Shown: piece by piece, positions 32,010 through 43,154 of the stretch | How positions within the stretch are numbered: position 1 is the first letter of the stretch | How the letters are laid out: every line of letters begins with the position of its first letter | NCBI GenBank assembly: GCA_021738385.1 | Contig: JAIPCF010000001.1 | Coordinates: forward strand, 19,036 to 83,035 | DNA length: 64,000 nucleotides | DNA from: Sulfuritalea sp. | GTDB lineage: Bacteria > Pseudomonadota > Gammaproteobacteria > Burkholderiales > Rhodocyclaceae | Reading direction: 5' to 3' | Notes under the pieces: generated by a model | What the model was told of the DNA's origin: nothing | The model's database searches: none | The model's input: only the letters and a program-made list of their open reading frames with translations | Position numbers and translations under genes: made by a program

Positions 32010-32978
32010 CTACTTCAGTAGCCCGGCTTCAAGAAAATACCGTTTGGCGCCAGGATGAAACGGGATGCCGACTCCTTTAACGGCGTTGGGAAGGGTGATG
32101 AGTTTTCCTTTCGGATGTCCTGCCGCCAGTGCTTTTTGTCCCGCATCGCTGTAAAGGGTTTTGGTGACCAGGTAGATGAGGTCGGCACTGATTTTCTCGC
32201 TGGTGATCCATTGCGCGCCGACTGCCACGGTTTCAACTGCAGCGACGCCCTTGTATGTCTGAGCAGGTATCGTATCAGCATGCAAAAATGGACTGTTCGC
32301 AAATAGGCGTTCTGCGGGTTGCCCATCGATAGGCAGCAACGCGATGCCTATGCCTGCGGTTGCCAGGTCCACTATTGCCTTGGCAGGTGTGCCACCGAAA
32401 AAGAAAAAAGCGTCGAGAGATCCCGCGATCAATTTGTCGCCGGCCTGATTGGGCTTGATGTACTCTGGCTGGATGTCGGTTTCCTTCAAGTCATATGCCG
32501 AAAGAATCTGCCGGGCACTGATGAGCGTGCCGGATCCGGGCTCATCCAGCGCGACGCGCTTGCCCTTCAGGTCGGCGATGGTCTTGATGCCCGAGTCCTT
32601 GCGCACCACGACATGCATGCTTTCCGGATACAGGTTGGCAATAAGGCGCAGGCTGGGAAGAGTGGGGCGTCCTTGGAAAACTCCGGTTCCATTTTTAGCC
32701 CAGGTGGCGACGTCAGCCTGACTGAAGCCGGTCTCGAGCGTCCCATTGCTCACCGCAATGACGTTGCCAAGAGATCCGTTGCTTGCTTGCGCTGTTGCCT
32801 CTATCTTTTCCGGTTGCGAAACGATAGCGGCGATCAGTTTGCCGATGGGGTAGTAGGTTCCTGCCGTGCCGCCGGTGCCGATACGTAAATACTGCTGTGC
32901 ATTCGCGTGTGGTATGCCGCCAATGCTGAATATGGTCGCGACTGCTGCCAATATGATCCGACCCAGGTTCTTGATCAT
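32010..32978 (-). CDS. TAXI-family TRAP solute-binding protein
   Basis: Signal peptide, IGTGGTAGTYYP, LYPE..HVV, GSGT, IPFHPGA.RYF. Confidence 0.93.
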   Translation of the reverse strand: MIKNLGRIILAAVATIFSIGGIPHANAQQYLRIGTGGTAGTYYPIGKLIAAIVSQPEKIEATAQASNGSLGNVIAVSNGTLETGFSQADVATWAKNGTGVFQGRPTLPSLRLIANLYPESMHVVVRKDSGIKTIADLKGKRVALDEPGSGTLISARQILSAYDLKETDIQPEYIKPNQAGDKLIAGSLDAFFFFGGTPAKAIVDLATAGIGIALLPIDGQPAERLFANSPFLHADTIPAQTYKGVAAVETVAVGAQWITSEKISADLIYLVTKTLYSDAGQKALAAGHPKGKLITLPNAVKGVGIPFHPGAKRYFLEAGLLK

Positions 32979-33261
32979 CGTAATGATTCTCCCAAGATGG
33001 TACCCGCCGGCATAGTCCGGCTGGCGCTAGTTTGCACCCAAGTAACATTGTTTGGAAGTTCGAAGGCAAATTGCCGGATTGCCGAACACGAGGCGTCTGC
33101 AACCAACTCGCGAATCTTGCGCAGCCTGCGGCTTACTTGCCAGGGAGTGTCAATCAGCTACTGCGAGGATCAGCAGCAGCAAGCAGAGCGCACTCTACTC
33201 GACTGCCCTGCTACGCAGAAGCCTCATTCAGGCGAGTTTTGTTCGACTGCCATCCAGCATA

Positions 33262-33285
33262 GCCGTATTGCCAGCGCCGAGTTAT
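33262..33285 (-). repeat. Dispersed 24-bp motif copy 5 (intergenic, just after the dnaJ stop)
   Basis: Reverse complement ATAACTCGGCGCTGGCAATACGGC; 1 mismatch. Confidence 0.9.
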
Positions 33286-33297
33286 TCCTGGCTGACG

Positions 33298-34419
33298 TCA
33301 GCCGCCGAAGAAATCCTTGACTTTATCCAGCCAACCTTGCGCGCGTGGACTGTGTCGATGGACATTGCCCTGGCTGATTTCCTCGAACTCCTGCAACAGT
33401 TCCTTCTGCCGATCGGTGAGCTTGACTGGTGTCTCAAGCACGACATGGCAGAGCAGATCGCCGTGGCTAACCGAGCGCACACCCTTGATGCCTTTACCGC
33501 GCAGACGAAATACCTTGCCGGTTTGGGTTTCGGCCGGCACTTTAAGGCGCGCAACGCCATCGAGTGTGGGCACTTCGATTTCACCTCCGAGTGCGGCTGT
33601 GGCAAAGCTGACCGGCATCTCGCAATGAAGATCGTCGTGATCGCGCTGGAATACGCTATGGGCCTTGAGATGAATCTGGACATAGAGATCGCCCGGCGGG
33701 CCGCCATTGACTCCGGGTTCGCCTTCCCCGGTGAGCCGAATCCGATCGCCTTCATCTATTCCTGACGGGATCTTGACTGACAAGGTCTTGTGCTGCTTGA
33801 CACGGCCTGCGCCGTGACATGTGCCGCAGGGGTCCGAAATATAGCGGCCGGTACCATGGCATTTGGGGCAGGTTTGCTGGATAGAGAAGAATCCCTGCTG
33901 CATACGCACCTGACCGTGGCCGGCGCAGGTGGGGCAGGTCGATGGCGAACTGCCTTTCTTGGCACCACTGCCGCTACAGGCTTCGCAGGCTGCCATGGTC
34001 GGAATGCGGATTCGGGTTTCAGCGCCGCGTGCGGCATCTTCAAGACTGACTTCGAGGTTGTAGCGTAGATCAGCGCCGCGATAGACATTGGAGCGTCCGC
34101 CGCCACGTCCACCACCGCCGCCGAAGATATCGCCAAAGATGTCGGAAAAGGCGTCCGCGAATCCACCAGCGCCTCCAGGCCCACCGGCTTGCGGATCAAC
34201 GCCGGCATGGCCGTATTGATCGTAGGCCGCGCGCTTTTGTCCGTCGGAAAGAATCTCGTAAGCTTCCTTGGCTTCCTTGAAGTGCTCTTCGGATTTCGGG
34301 TTGTCCGGATTCCGATCAGGATGGTGCTTCATGGCCAGCTTGCGGTAGGCCTTCTTGATGTCGTCGTCGGATGCGTCGCGGTTGACGCCCAAAATTTCGT
34401 AAAAGTCGCGTTTTGACAT
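33298..34419 (-). CDS. dnaJ: Chaperone DnaJ
   Basis: HPD J-domain, G/F region, four CxxCxGxG repeats. Confidence 0.98.
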   Translation of the reverse strand: MSKRDFYEILGVNRDASDDDIKKAYRKLAMKHHPDRNPDNPKSEEHFKEAKEAYEILSDGQKRAAYDQYGHAGVDPQAGGPGGAGGFADAFSDIFGDIFGGGGGRGGGRSNVYRGADLRYNLEVSLEDAARGAETRIRIPTMAACEACSGSGAKKGSSPSTCPTCAGHGQVRMQQGFFSIQQTCPKCHGTGRYISDPCGTCHGAGRVKQHKTLSVKIPSGIDEGDRIRLTGEGEPGVNGGPPGDLYVQIHLKAHSVFQRDHDDLHCEMPVSFATAALGGEIEVPTLDGVARLKVPAETQTGKVFRLRGKGIKGVRSVSHGDLLCHVVLETPVKLTDRQKELLQEFEEISQGNVHRHSPRAQGWLDKVKDFFGG

Positions 34420-34450
34420 GTCGATTCGCTATCTGTCCATGTAGTGCAAA

Positions 34451-34491
34451 GGCCGAGTCAAGCGGCGCACTGCTTCCGCTTGAACCCGGCC
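34451..34491 (-). terminator. Hairpin downstream of dnaK
   Basis: ggccgagtcaagcgg...ccgcttgaacccggcc inverted repeat followed by ttt on the minus strand. Confidence 0.6.
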
Positions 34492-34525
34492 ACCTGAAGC
34501 GGCGCTGTTGAAAGCGTGCTCCGCT

Positions 34526-36475
34526 TTAGGCTTTCTTGTCGTTCACTTCGGTGAATTCGGCATCGACCACATCACTGTCGTCTTTCTTCGACTCACCGCC
34601 ATGGGAAGCACCTTCACCACCTGCGCCAGCGGCACCCGCAGCACCCGCAGCACCCTGTGTTTCCGCATAGACTTTTTCGCCGAGTTTTTGCGATGCCTTG
34701 GCCAGTGCTTCAGTCTTGGCTTCGATGGCTTCTTTGTCGCCGTCCTTCAGCACGGCTTCGGCTTCGGCAATGGCGGTTTCGATCTGGGTCTTTTCTTCGG
34801 CTTCGATCTTGTCGCCATGCTCTGCGAGGGCCTTCTTGACCGAATGCACCATCGCGTCGCACTGATTACGCGCGTCGACCATTTCGTGTGCTTTGCGGTC
34901 ATCCTCGGCATGCGCCGCGGCATCCTGCACCATGGCCTCGATCTCTGCTTCGGAAAGTCCCGAATTGGCCTTGATGGTGATCTTGTTTTCCTTGCCGGTG
35001 CCCTTGTCCTTGGCCGAGACATGCAGGATGCCGTTGGCGTCGATGTCGAAAGTGACTTCGATCTGCGGCATGCCGCGCGGTGCTGGCGGAATGTCGGACA
35101 GGTTGAACTGGCCGAGACTCTTGTTGCCGCTGGCCATTTCGCGCTCGCCCTGCATCACGTGGATGGTGACGGCATTCTGGTTGTCGTCGGCGGTTGAAAA
35201 CGTCTGGCTGGTCTTGGTCGGGATAGTGGTGTTCTTGGTGATCAGCTTGGTCATCACGCCACCCAGGGTTTCGATACCCAGGCTGAGCGGGCAAACGTCA
35301 AGCAGCAGCACGTCCTTGACTTCGCCCTGCAACACGCCGCCCTGAATTGAAGCGCCAACGGCGACAGCTTCGTCGGGATTGACGTCACGGCGAGGTTCCT
35401 TGCCGAAGAACGCTTTGACTTTCTCCTGGACCATGGGCATGCGTGTCATGCCACCAACCAGGATCACGTCGGTGATGTCGGAGTTCTTGACTCCGGCATC
35501 CTTCATCGCGATGCGGCAGGGTTCGATGGTGCGGGTGACCAGATCTTCAACCAGTGCTTCGTATTTGGCGCGGGTCAGCTTCATGGCCAGGTGCTTCGGT
35601 CCCGATGCATCGGCCGTGATGTAGGGCAGATTGAATTCGGTCTGCTGGCTGGAAGACAGCTCGATCTTGGCCTTTTCGGCGGCTTCCTTGAGGCGCTGCA
35701 GGGCCAGTACGTCATTTTTCAGATCGACGCCTTGTTCTTTCTTGAACTCGGTTACCACGTAGTCGATCAGGCGCTGGTCGAAATCTTCACCGCCGAGGAA
35801 GGTGTCACCATTGGTGGACAGCACTTCGAACTGATGCTCGCCGTCGAGCTCGGCAATCTCGATGATCGAGATGTCGAAGGTGCCGCCGCCAAGGTCATAC
35901 ACGGCAATCTTGCGGTCGCCTTCCTGCTTGTCCATGCCGAAGGCCAACGCGGCCGCGGTTGGCTCGTTGATGATGCGCTTGACGTCAAGTCCGGCGATGC
36001 GTCCGGCGTCCTTGGTGGCCTGGCGCTGGCTGTCGTTGAAGTAGGCAGGCACGGTGATTACGGCCTCGGTGACTTCCTCGCCGAGATAGTCTTCCGCAGT
36101 TTTTTTCATCTTGCGCAAGACTTCGGCGGAAACCTGCGGCGGCGCCATTTTTTCGCCGCGCACTTCCACCCAGGCGTCGTTGTTGCTGGCCTTGACGATC
36201 TTGAAGGGCATCATGTCGATGTCTTTCTGCACTTCCTTTTCGTCGAAACGGCGACCGATCAGGCGCTTGACCGCGAACAGGGTGTTCTTGGAGTTGGTGA
36301 CCGCCTGACGCTTGGCTGAGGCACCGCAAAGAATCTCACCGTCTTCCGCGTAGGCGACGATGGACGGCGTGGTGCGCGCGCCTTCTGCGTTTTCAATAAC
36401 CTTGGGCTTGCCGCCTTCCATGATGGCGACACAGCTGTTGGTGGTTCCGAGGTCAATACCGATGATCTTGCCCAT
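34526..36475 (-). CDS. dnaK: Chaperone DnaK (Hsp70)
   Basis: [32 protein letters not shown]-terminus. Confidence 0.99.
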   Translation of the reverse strand: MGKIIGIDLGTTNSCVAIMEGGKPKVIENAEGARTTPSIVAYAEDGEILCGASAKRQAVTNSKNTLFAVKRLIGRRFDEKEVQKDIDMMPFKIVKASNNDAWVEVRGEKMAPPQVSAEVLRKMKKTAEDYLGEEVTEAVITVPAYFNDSQRQATKDAGRIAGLDVKRIINEPTAAALAFGMDKQEGDRKIAVYDLGGGTFDISIIEIAELDGEHQFEVLSTNGDTFLGGEDFDQRLIDYVVTEFKKEQGVDLKNDVLALQRLKEAAEKAKIELSSSQQTEFNLPYITADASGPKHLAMKLTRAKYEALVEDLVTRTIEPCRIAMKDAGVKNSDITDVILVGGMTRMPMVQEKVKAFFGKEPRRDVNPDEAVAVGASIQGGVLQGEVKDVLLLDVCPLSLGIETLGGVMTKLITKNTTIPTKTSQTFSTADDNQNAVTIHVMQGEREMASGNKSLGQFNLSDIPPAPRGMPQIEVTFDIDANGILHVSAKDKGTGKENKITIKANSGLSEAEIEAMVQDAAAHAEDDRKAHEMVDARNQCDAMVHSVKKALAEHGDKIEAEEKTQIETAIAEAEAVLKDGDKEAIEAKTEALAKASQKLGEKVYAETQGAAGAAGAAGAGGEGASHGGESKKDDSDVVDAEFTEVNDKKA

Positions 36476-36541
36476 GATTTTTCCTTTGTGAATGTTGCTT
36501 GCCGCTGGTTTTCCGTTGGCGAATATTTATGCCTGTGCCTG

Positions 36542-36569
36542 ATATGGGGGTATTGCCGACGGCTTCAAG
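36542..36569 (-). promoter_or_regulatory. sigma32 (RpoH) promoter of dnaK
   Basis: CTTGAA-N14-CCCCATAT on the minus strand, consensus match. Confidence 0.9.
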
Positions 36570-37182
36570 CGGTCGGCTCAGTTTTTGCCTTGGAAACAAT
36601 GACCAAGGCCGGTCGGATGACTCGATCGTGAAGGGCGTAACCTTTTTGCAGAACGGTCAGCACGATATTGGCTTCGGTGGCATCGTCGGGTGCCTCGATC
36701 TGGCTAATGGCCTGGTGCTTGTGCGGATCAAACTTTTCGCCAAGCGGGTTGATCTCGACCAGGCCGGACTTTTCAAAAGCCGTAATGAGCTGTTTTAATG
36801 TCAACTCAACACCAGCGCTGAGGTTTTCCGCGCTCTGGTTCTCGCTGGACAGCGCGGCTTCCAGGCTGTCCTTGACCGCCAGCAACTCGCCGGAAAAGCG
36901 TTCAACCGCAAATTTGCCTGCCTTGCCGATGTCTTCTTGCGCACGACGGCGCACGTTCTCGGTTTCCGCCTTGGCGCGCAGCCAGGCATCGTGGTGCTCG
37001 GCTGCCTGGAGTTCGGCTGCCTTGAGCAACTCTTCAATACTGGGCATTACGGTTGTTTCGGCCTCTGCCTCAGAAGTCGGCGCTGGTGGTACGGCATTGC
37101 CTTCAGAGGGGACGGATTGGTTCATCTCAGACACGGTTTCGCTGTCTTGAGAACTTTCGGGGACGGGTGATTTTGCTTGCAT
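36565..37182 (-). CDS. grpE: Nucleotide exchange factor GrpE
   Basis: [34 protein letters not shown]; start uncertain. Confidence 0.96.
   Translation of the reverse strand: MQAKSPVPESSQDSETVSEMNQSVPSEGNAVPPAPTSEAEAETTVMPSIEELLKAAELQAAEHHDAWLRAKAETENVRRRAQEDIGKAGKFAVERFSGELLAVKDSLEAALSSENQSAENLSAGVELTLKQLITAFEKSGLVEINPLGEKFDPHKHQAISQIEAPDDATEANIVLTVLQKGYALHDRVIRPALVIVSKAKTEPTA
37072..37095 (+). repeat. Dispersed 24-bp motif copy 6 (in grpE N-terminal region, antisense)
   Basis: AGAAGTCGGCGCTGGTGGTACGGC; 3 mismatches. Confidence 0.75.
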
Positions 37183-37210
37183 TGCGCGGGCTCCTGAAGA
37201 AACCCGTTTC

Positions 37211-37238
37211 AAATGAGGGTGAATTTTCCAGCTTCAAG
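37211..37238 (-). promoter_or_regulatory. sigma32 promoter of grpE
   Basis: CTTGAA-N13-CCCTCATTT on the minus strand. Confidence 0.8.
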
Positions 37239-37268
37239 ACCCAAATCGAAGAAAAATTGTCAGCGAAC

Positions 37269-37703
37269 TCAGCTTTGGCCACGAACCCAGCGTATCAAGC
37301 TTGCAGTATCCATAGCGCCGGCTTGACGAGCAATTTCCTGTCCATTGCGGAACAGGGCCAGCGTTGGTATAGAGCGAATGCTGAAACGTGCAGCAAGTTG
37401 TTGCTCTTCCTCGGTATTCACCTTGGCCAGGCGAAAATCCGGCTCGAGTTGTATCGCGGCTTGAACGAATGCCGGAGCCATGGCACGACAGGGTCCACAC
37501 CAGGGAGCCCAGAAGTCGACCAGTATTGGTATATCTGACCGACCAATGTGGCGATCGAAACTGCTCGAATCGAGTTCCAGCGGCTCGCCGGAAAAAAGGC
37601 GATCTTTACATTTGCCGCAAGTTCCCGATTCAGTGAGGCGATCAGCGGACATGCGATTGGCGGTGTGGCAGTGGGGACATACGACGATCAGCGAGTCAGG
37701 CAT
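37269..37703 (-). CDS. trxC: Thioredoxin 2 (zinc-finger N-terminus)
   Basis: CPHC...CGKC zinc site plus WCGPC active site. Confidence 0.93.
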   Translation of the reverse strand: MPDSLIVVCPHCHTANRMSADRLTESGTCGKCKDRLFSGEPLELDSSSFDRHIGRSDIPILVDFWAPWCGPCRAMAPAFVQAAIQLEPDFRLAKVNTEEEQQLAARFSIRSIPTLALFRNGQEIARQAGAMDTASLIRWVRGQS

Positions 37704-37731
37704 GGCAGGCTCCAAGTATCAGGCAATGCTA

Positions 37732-37759
37732 ATATGTAGCCGCAGTTCGTCAGATCAAG
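37732..37759 (-). promoter_or_regulatory. Putative sigma32 promoter of trxC
   Basis: CTTGAT-N14-CTACATAT on the minus strand. Confidence 0.55.
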
Positions 37760-37873
37760 TCTGGCGCTGGAATTTCTTTTGAATAAGCTGGCGAGGGGTT
37801 GCTGCCGGGTGCGATGTACCGAGCTTTACCGGACGTGGTTGCAGCCTGACAAACTTACTGAATGGAGCATGAA

Positions 37874-38266
37874 ATGGAAAATCGATATGGATTTGGCAAG
37901 TCAATCGCGATGGGTTTTGATGATGCGATTAACAAGGTCACGGCCGAGTTGCAGAAAGAAGGTTTTGGCATTCTGACCGAGATTGATGTCGCCGCCACCA
38001 TGAAAAAGAAGCTTGATTTCGACATGCCGCGTTATCGCATTCTGGGCGCCTGTAATCCGCCGCTGGCCAAGCGCGCGATTACGGCGGAGCCAACAATCGG
38101 GCTGTTGCTGCCCTGTAACGTAGTTGTCCGCGAAGATGCGACTGGAGCCGTGCAGGTTGAGTTCCTTGATCCGGGCATGATGGGCCAGATGACAGACAAC
38201 CCTGATGTTGGAGCACTTGGTGGCGAGGTGCGCGAAAAACTGCAAAGGGTCATGAACGCGCTGTAG
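37874..38266 (+). CDS. DUF302 domain protein
   Basis: GFGILTEID, YRILGACNP, LLPCNVVV. Confidence 0.9.
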   Translation: MENRYGFGKSIAMGFDDAINKVTAELQKEGFGILTEIDVAATMKKKLDFDMPRYRILGACNPPLAKRAITAEPTIGLLLPCNVVVREDATGAVQVEFLDPGMMGQMTDNPDVGALGGEVREKLQRVMNAL

Positions 38267-38305
38267 GCTGGCCTTTCGGGCCGACTCGGCGTTGTAACCT
38301 GGAGC

Positions 38306-39397
38306 CTAGTCTCGATTTTTTGCGCCCAACGCCCTGGCACGAGCAGCCGCATCGGGATCGGACTGTTCCGCAGTCGGCCAACCGGAAAGGTTGGCGCTAA
38401 CCAGATCGCAAAGTCCCGCGATCCAGTCAGGGCGCTCGTTGACGCAGGGGATGTAGTGAAACTCCTTGCCGCCATTTGATAAAAATGCCGCCTTGCATTC
38501 CAGTGCGATTTCTTCGAGAGTCTCCAGGCAGTCTGCAACGAAGCCGGGGCAAATCACATCGATTCGCGCCGTGCCATCCCGCGCAAGTTTTTCCAGCGTC
38601 GGCTGGGTATAGGGTTGCAGCCACTCGGCCTTGCCAAAGCGGGACTGGAAAGTGATCAAATATTCATCCTCGGCGAGCCCCAGGGATTCTGCCAGCAAAC
38701 GCCCGGTTTTCTGGCACTCGCAATAATAGGGGTCGCCCAGATCGAGTGAGCGGCGTGGCAGACCGTGAAAACTCATTACCAGCTTGTCCGGTCGGCCTGA
38801 AGCGGCCCAGTGTTTTCTGACGCTGCCGGCCAGTGCCCCGATGTATCCGGGGTGATCGTGGAAGTGCTTGACATAGCGCAGCTCCGGCGGGTTACGACTT
38901 CGCTGGGTCCAGTCGGCCACATCGTCCATGACGCTGGCGGTGGTACTGGCTGCGTATTGCGGATATAGCGGCACGATCAGCACGCGCTCGACTCCCTCGC
39001 GCTTGAATTCATCCAGACGGCTGCCGATTGATGGCTGACCGTAACGCATCGCCGAACTCACGATTACTTCCGCAGCGCCGCTTTCTCCCAGCAAGCCCCT
39101 GAGCAATTTGACTTGGCGTTCGGTATGGACTTTCAGTGGCGAGCCTTCGGGCATCCATATTTGGGCGTACTTGGCGGCCGACTTTGCCGGGCGCAGCGGC
39201 AGGATGAAGCCATGCAAAATCAGCCACCAGACCGGGCGCGGGATCTCGACTACACGCGGATCCCACAAAAATTGCTTGAGATAGCGGCGCAACGCCGGTG
39301 CTGTAGGAGCCTCGGGAGTGCCCAGATTAACCAGCAAGACTGCGGTGCGGTGTGAGGCACCGTGCTGTTGTTTTGGCTCGGGAGCGTAACGAGACAT
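38306..39397 (-). CDS. hemH: Ferrochelatase
   Basis: [30 protein letters not shown]. Confidence 0.97.
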   Translation of the reverse strand: MSRYAPEPKQQHGASHRTAVLLVNLGTPEAPTAPALRRYLKQFLWDPRVVEIPRPVWWLILHGFILPLRPAKSAAKYAQIWMPEGSPLKVHTERQVKLLRGLLGESGAAEVIVSSAMRYGQPSIGSRLDEFKREGVERVLIVPLYPQYAASTTASVMDDVADWTQRSRNPPELRYVKHFHDHPGYIGALAGSVRKHWAASGRPDKLVMSFHGLPRRSLDLGDPYYCECQKTGRLLAESLGLAEDEYLITFQSRFGKAEWLQPYTQPTLEKLARDGTARIDVICPGFVADCLETLEEIALECKAAFLSNGGKEFHYIPCVNERPDWIAGLCDLVSANLSGWPTAEQSDPDAAARARALGAKNRD

Positions 39398-39407
39398 AGG
39401 GTTTGCT

Positions 39408-40427
39408 TCAGTGCGTGGACAGCGTCGAAGACAGCAGCTTGGCAGTAATGTCGACGATGGGAATCACGCGTTCGTAGGCCATGCGGGTGGGGCCGATGAC
39501 GCCGATGGTGCCAACGACCTGGCCATCGACCTCGTAGGGCGCGGCGACCACGCTGCATTCGTCCAGTGGCGCGAGTCCTGACTCGCCGCCAATGAAGACT
39601 TGCACGCCTTCGGCGCGGCAGGAAAGTTCGAGCAACTGTGCCAGCCCGGTTTTTTGTTCGAAAAGGTCGAATAGCCGGCGCAAACGCGTCATGTTTGAGG
39701 ACAGGTCTTCGACGCCAAGCAGGTTCTTTTCTCCGCTGATGACATATTGTGTCGATGTGTCCGCCATGGCGCTATTGCTTGCATCCAGCGCGGCTGTCAT
39801 CAGCTCGGACATGTCAGCGCGCAACTGGCGAAGTTCCTCCACCACGCGCGCGCGCACCTGATCGAAATTGAGTCCGAAGCAATTCTGGTTCAGATAATTT
39901 GCCGCCGTAACCAGTTCGGACGGGCTGTAGTTGCGCTGGGTAAACAGGATGCGGTTCTGCACGTCACCGTCGGCAGTGACTATGATCAATAGAATGCGTT
40001 TGTCGGACAGGCTGAGAAACTCGATTTGCCGAATTCGCGGCTGCTGGCGCCGCGGCGCTACGACTACGCCAGCGAAGGCGGTGAGCTGCGATAGCAATTG
40101 TGACGCATGACTGATCACTAGTTGTGGTTGGTCGGGTCGAATGGCGTCCTGAATCTCTGACAGTTCGTTGCCTTGCAGAGGGCGTACGGTTAGCAGCGAA
40201 TCAACAAAAAGGCGGTAGCCCAGCGCTGTCGGGACGCGCCCGGCGGAAGTGTGCGGACTGGCTATGAAACCCATTTCTTCCAGATCCGACATGACATTGC
40301 GGATCGTCGCTGGCGAGAGTTCAAGCCCAGAATACTTTGAAAGTGTGCGTGAACCGACCGGCTGACCTTCCGCGATATAGCGTTCGATCAGGGTTTTCAG
40401 CAGAGTTTGTGCACGATGGTCGAGCAT
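39408..40427 (-). CDS. hrcA: Heat-inducible transcription repressor HrcA
   Basis: [32 protein letters not shown]. Confidence 0.97.
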   Translation of the reverse strand: MLDHRAQTLLKTLIERYIAEGQPVGSRTLSKYSGLELSPATIRNVMSDLEEMGFIASPHTSAGRVPTALGYRLFVDSLLTVRPLQGNELSEIQDAIRPDQPQLVISHASQLLSQLTAFAGVVVAPRRQQPRIRQIEFLSLSDKRILLIIVTADGDVQNRILFTQRNYSPSELVTAANYLNQNCFGLNFDQVRARVVEELRQLRADMSELMTAALDASNSAMADTSTQYVISGEKNLLGVEDLSSNMTRLRRLFDLFEQKTGLAQLLELSCRAEGVQVFIGGESGLAPLDECSVVAAPYEVDGQVVGTIGVIGPTRMAYERVIPIVDITAKLLSSTLSTH

Positions 40428-40548
40428 GGGTTCGATTCTAGTCAATAATCTGCCCGAAGTCGGGGATTGAGGAAGGCCCGGTATCCGTCCCAAGAGGGTC
40501 TGACTCCGAACGAATAAGGCTCAGGCCAATTGTGGTTTAATCGGCCGC

Positions 40549-41439
40549 ATGAATACGGCTGCGTCACATACATTTCGTGCCATTGCGCTGATTGGCAAGT
40601 ACCAGAGTAGAGAAATTGCTGAATCTCTGCTGGAACTTGCCGCTTTTCTGAAAGAAGACGGCGTCGAGGTGCTACTTGAGGAAGCGACCGCTGAGGCTGT
40701 CGGATCCAATGGTTACGCGGTGACCAATTACGAGATGATAGGCGCGCGCGCAGATTTGGCAGTGATTCTTGGTGGCGACGGAACGATGCTCAACGCAGCG
40801 CGGCGGCTGGCTGAGTTTGATGTTCCTTTGGTCGGTATCAATCAGGGGCGGCTGGGCTTTATGACCGACATTGCCCTGGATTCAATGATCGAGAGCATTT
40901 CCGCGTTGCTGGAAGGAAGGTTTTTCCGAGAGAAGCGCTTCCTTCTTGATGTCGAAGTATTGCGCGATGACGAATCGGTCTTTCAGACCATGGCGTTGAA
41001 TGATGTCGTGGTTAACAAGGGTGAAATCGGCCGCATGATCGAACTTGAAGTCAAGGTCGACGGCGAGTTGATCCACGTACTGCGCGCTGATGGTTTGATC
41101 GTCTCCACGCCGACAGGATCGACGGCGTATGCGCTTTCAGCCAACGGTCCGATTCTTCACCCCTCGGTGCCCGGTATCGCCATCGTGCCCTTGTGCCCGC
41201 ATGCGCTGTCTAACCGGCCGATTACCGTCAGCGACAGCAGCACGATCGATATCGCTTTGTTGCCGCCACATGATGCGCGGGTTCACTTTGACGGACAGAC
41301 GCGCTTTGATGCACGGGCCGGTGACGTGGTGCGAACTATCCGCTCACGCCACGGCATTACCTTGCTGCACCCTCCGGGTTACAGCTATTTCGCCATGCTG
41401 CGTGAAAAGCTGCACTGGAGTTCGACTCCTCGACATTGA
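40549..41439 (+). CDS. nadK: NAD kinase
   Basis: [18 protein letters not shown]. Confidence 0.96.
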   Translation: MNTAASHTFRAIALIGKYQSREIAESLLELAAFLKEDGVEVLLEEATAEAVGSNGYAVTNYEMIGARADLAVILGGDGTMLNAARRLAEFDVPLVGINQGRLGFMTDIALDSMIESISALLEGRFFREKRFLLDVEVLRDDESVFQTMALNDVVVNKGEIGRMIELEVKVDGELIHVLRADGLIVSTPTGSTAYALSANGPILHPSVPGIAIVPLCPHALSNRPITVSDSSTIDIALLPPHDARVHFDGQTRFDARAGDVVRTIRSRHGITLLHPPGYSYFAMLREKLHWSSTPRH

Positions 41440-41454
41440 TCCCGTGACTGAAAT

Positions 41455-43107
41455 ATGCTCCTGCGCCTGATTGTCCGCGACTTTGTCATTGTCGACCGCC
41501 TTGAACTTGAGTTCGACAGCGGATTTGGCGCTCTGACGGGCGAAACCGGAGCGGGAAAATCGATACTGGTCGACGCACTTTCGTTGGCCCTCGGTGAGCG
41601 AGCCGATGCTACGGTGGTACGTAGCGGATCGGAGCGTGCCGAAGTTTCCGCCGAATTCGATGTGGTGCCAGATAGCGCTCTGGAGGCCTGGCTGCGAGCA
41701 AATGACTATGACGACGATGCTTGTCTTCTTCGTCGCGTGATCGACAGTACGGGGCGCTCACGTGCGTATATCAATGGCGCTGCGGCAACGCTCGGTCAGT
41801 TGCGCGAAGTGGCCGATTTTCTTGCCGACATCCATGGCCAGAATGCTCATCATTCATTGTTGCGCAGCGAAGCGCAGCGCGATCTTCTCGATACCCATGC
41901 GGGAGCCCAGGATCTGGCGCGCCAAGTGGCTGGCGCCCATGGAGCGTGGCGTACCGCGCGGGATGTGCGACAGGCCGCCGAGAAGGATGTTGAAGCCACA
42001 AAGCGTGAGCGCGAGTTACTCGAATGGCAGCTTAAAGAACTCGTCGCTCTGGCTTTCGACGCCACCGAGTGGCAGGAAATGGAGCAGGAGCATCGCCGGC
42101 TGAGCAACGCCAACGCCCTGCTGGAAGGTGCTGCCGTCGCGTTGCAGGCGCTTGAAGAAGGTGAAGCGGCGAGTTTGCCGTTGCTTCAGCACGCAAGTGC
42201 GAGGTTGTCGGAGCTCACTGCCTTCGATTCGGCACTGACCGAGGCGAACCAATTGTTTGAGACTGCGCTGATCCAGCTGGAAGAGTCGGCGCTGGCGCTA
42301 CGGCGCTATCAGGATCGGTTGGAACTTGATCCAGCGCGCATGAGCGAACTGGATGGCCGCATTGACGCCGTGGTCCAGATGGCTCGCAAGCATCGCACGT
42401 CGCCCGAAGAGCTGCCTGCTCTCTTGCAGGAAATGCAGAGCCGCTTGGACGAGTTGACGCTGCGCGCCGATCCTGCGGCGCTTGCCGAGAGAGAAAGTCA
42501 GGCAGAAATCGCCTATCGCGAACTGGCGAAGAAACTATCTGCCTTGAGGGCAAAGACCGGGAAGTCCCTATCTGCATCCGTGACTTCTGGAATGCAGGAA
42601 CTGGCTATGGAAGGTGGGCGGTTTGATATTGCACTGGAGCCATTGCCTGAAGGCACTTCTGGTGGTTTGGAATCAGTTGAATTCCGGGTTTCGGCCAATG
42701 CGGGTCAGCCATTGCGGGAAATGGCTAAAGTTGCTTCTGGCGGTGAATTGTCGCGCATTGGACTTGCCTTGCAGGTGATCGCCAGTCAGGCCAATCCTGC
42801 GGGTACGCTGATATTCGACGAGGTGGACGTCGGCATCGGAGGGCGCGTTGCTGAAATAGTTGGCCGCATGCTGAATCAGTTGGGCAAGAGCCGGCAGGTG
42901 TTGTGCGTCACGCATCTACCACAGGTGGCGGCACAAGCTGATTGGCAATGGTCGATTACCAAAGATATGCGAGACGGCGCGACGATATCCTCGGTCTGTG
43001 TTTTGGACCAGGAAGCCCGCATCAGCGAGATTGCCCGCATGCTGGGCGGTGAGAAGATCACGATAACAACCCGCCGCCATGCGGCTGAAATGCTGGGAGT
43101 AACCTAG
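41455..43107 (+). CDS. recN: DNA repair protein RecN
   Basis: TGETGAGKS Walker A, ASGGELSR, FDEVD, VTHLPQVA. Confidence 0.97.
   Translation: MLLRLIVRDFVIVDRLELEFDSGFGALTGETGAGKSILVDALSLALGERADATVVRSGSERAEVSAEFDVVPDSALEAWLRANDYDDDACLLRRVIDSTGRSRAYINGAAATLGQLREVADFLADIHGQNAHHSLLRSEAQRDLLDTHAGAQDLARQVAGAHGAWRTARDVRQAAEKDVEATKRERELLEWQLKELVALAFDATEWQEMEQEHRRLSNANALLEGAAVALQALEEGEAASLPLLQHASARLSELTAFDSALTEANQLFETALIQLEESALALRRYQDRLELDPARMSELDGRIDAVVQMARKHRTSPEELPALLQEMQSRLDELTLRADPAALAERESQAEIAYRELAKKLSALRAKTGKSLSASVTSGMQELAMEGGRFDIALEPLPEGTSGGLESVEFRVSANAGQPLREMAKVASGGELSRIGLALQVIASQANPAGTLIFDEVDVGIGGRVAEIVGRMLNQLGKSRQVLCVTHLPQVAAQADWQWSITKDMRDGATISSVCVLDQEARISEIARMLGGEKITITTRRHAAEMLGVT
42281..42304 (+). 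repeat. Dispersed 24-bp motif copy 7 (in recN coiled coil)
   Basis: AAGAGTCGGCGCTGGCGCTACGGC; 2 mismatches. Confidence 0.83.
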
Positions 43108-43154
43108 TTCTGGCACTGGCGGCAGTTCGGGGCTGAACTGATGGAAAGGCAGAT

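Noticed and set aside
32863-32886. Possible 11th copy of the 24-bp motif in the TAXI gene (reverse complement ACGTATCGGCACCGGCGGCACGGC)
   Set aside because: It lacks the A-rich head, has 3 core mismatches, and is fully explained by the conserved IGTGGTA peptide.
32985-33060. c-di-GMP-I riboswitch-like fragments upstream of the TAXI gene (gcaaac...ccggacta...gcgggtacc on the minus strand)
   Set aside because: No GAAA tetraloop stem or GGGACGCAAAG core, and too short; an Infernal search would settle it.
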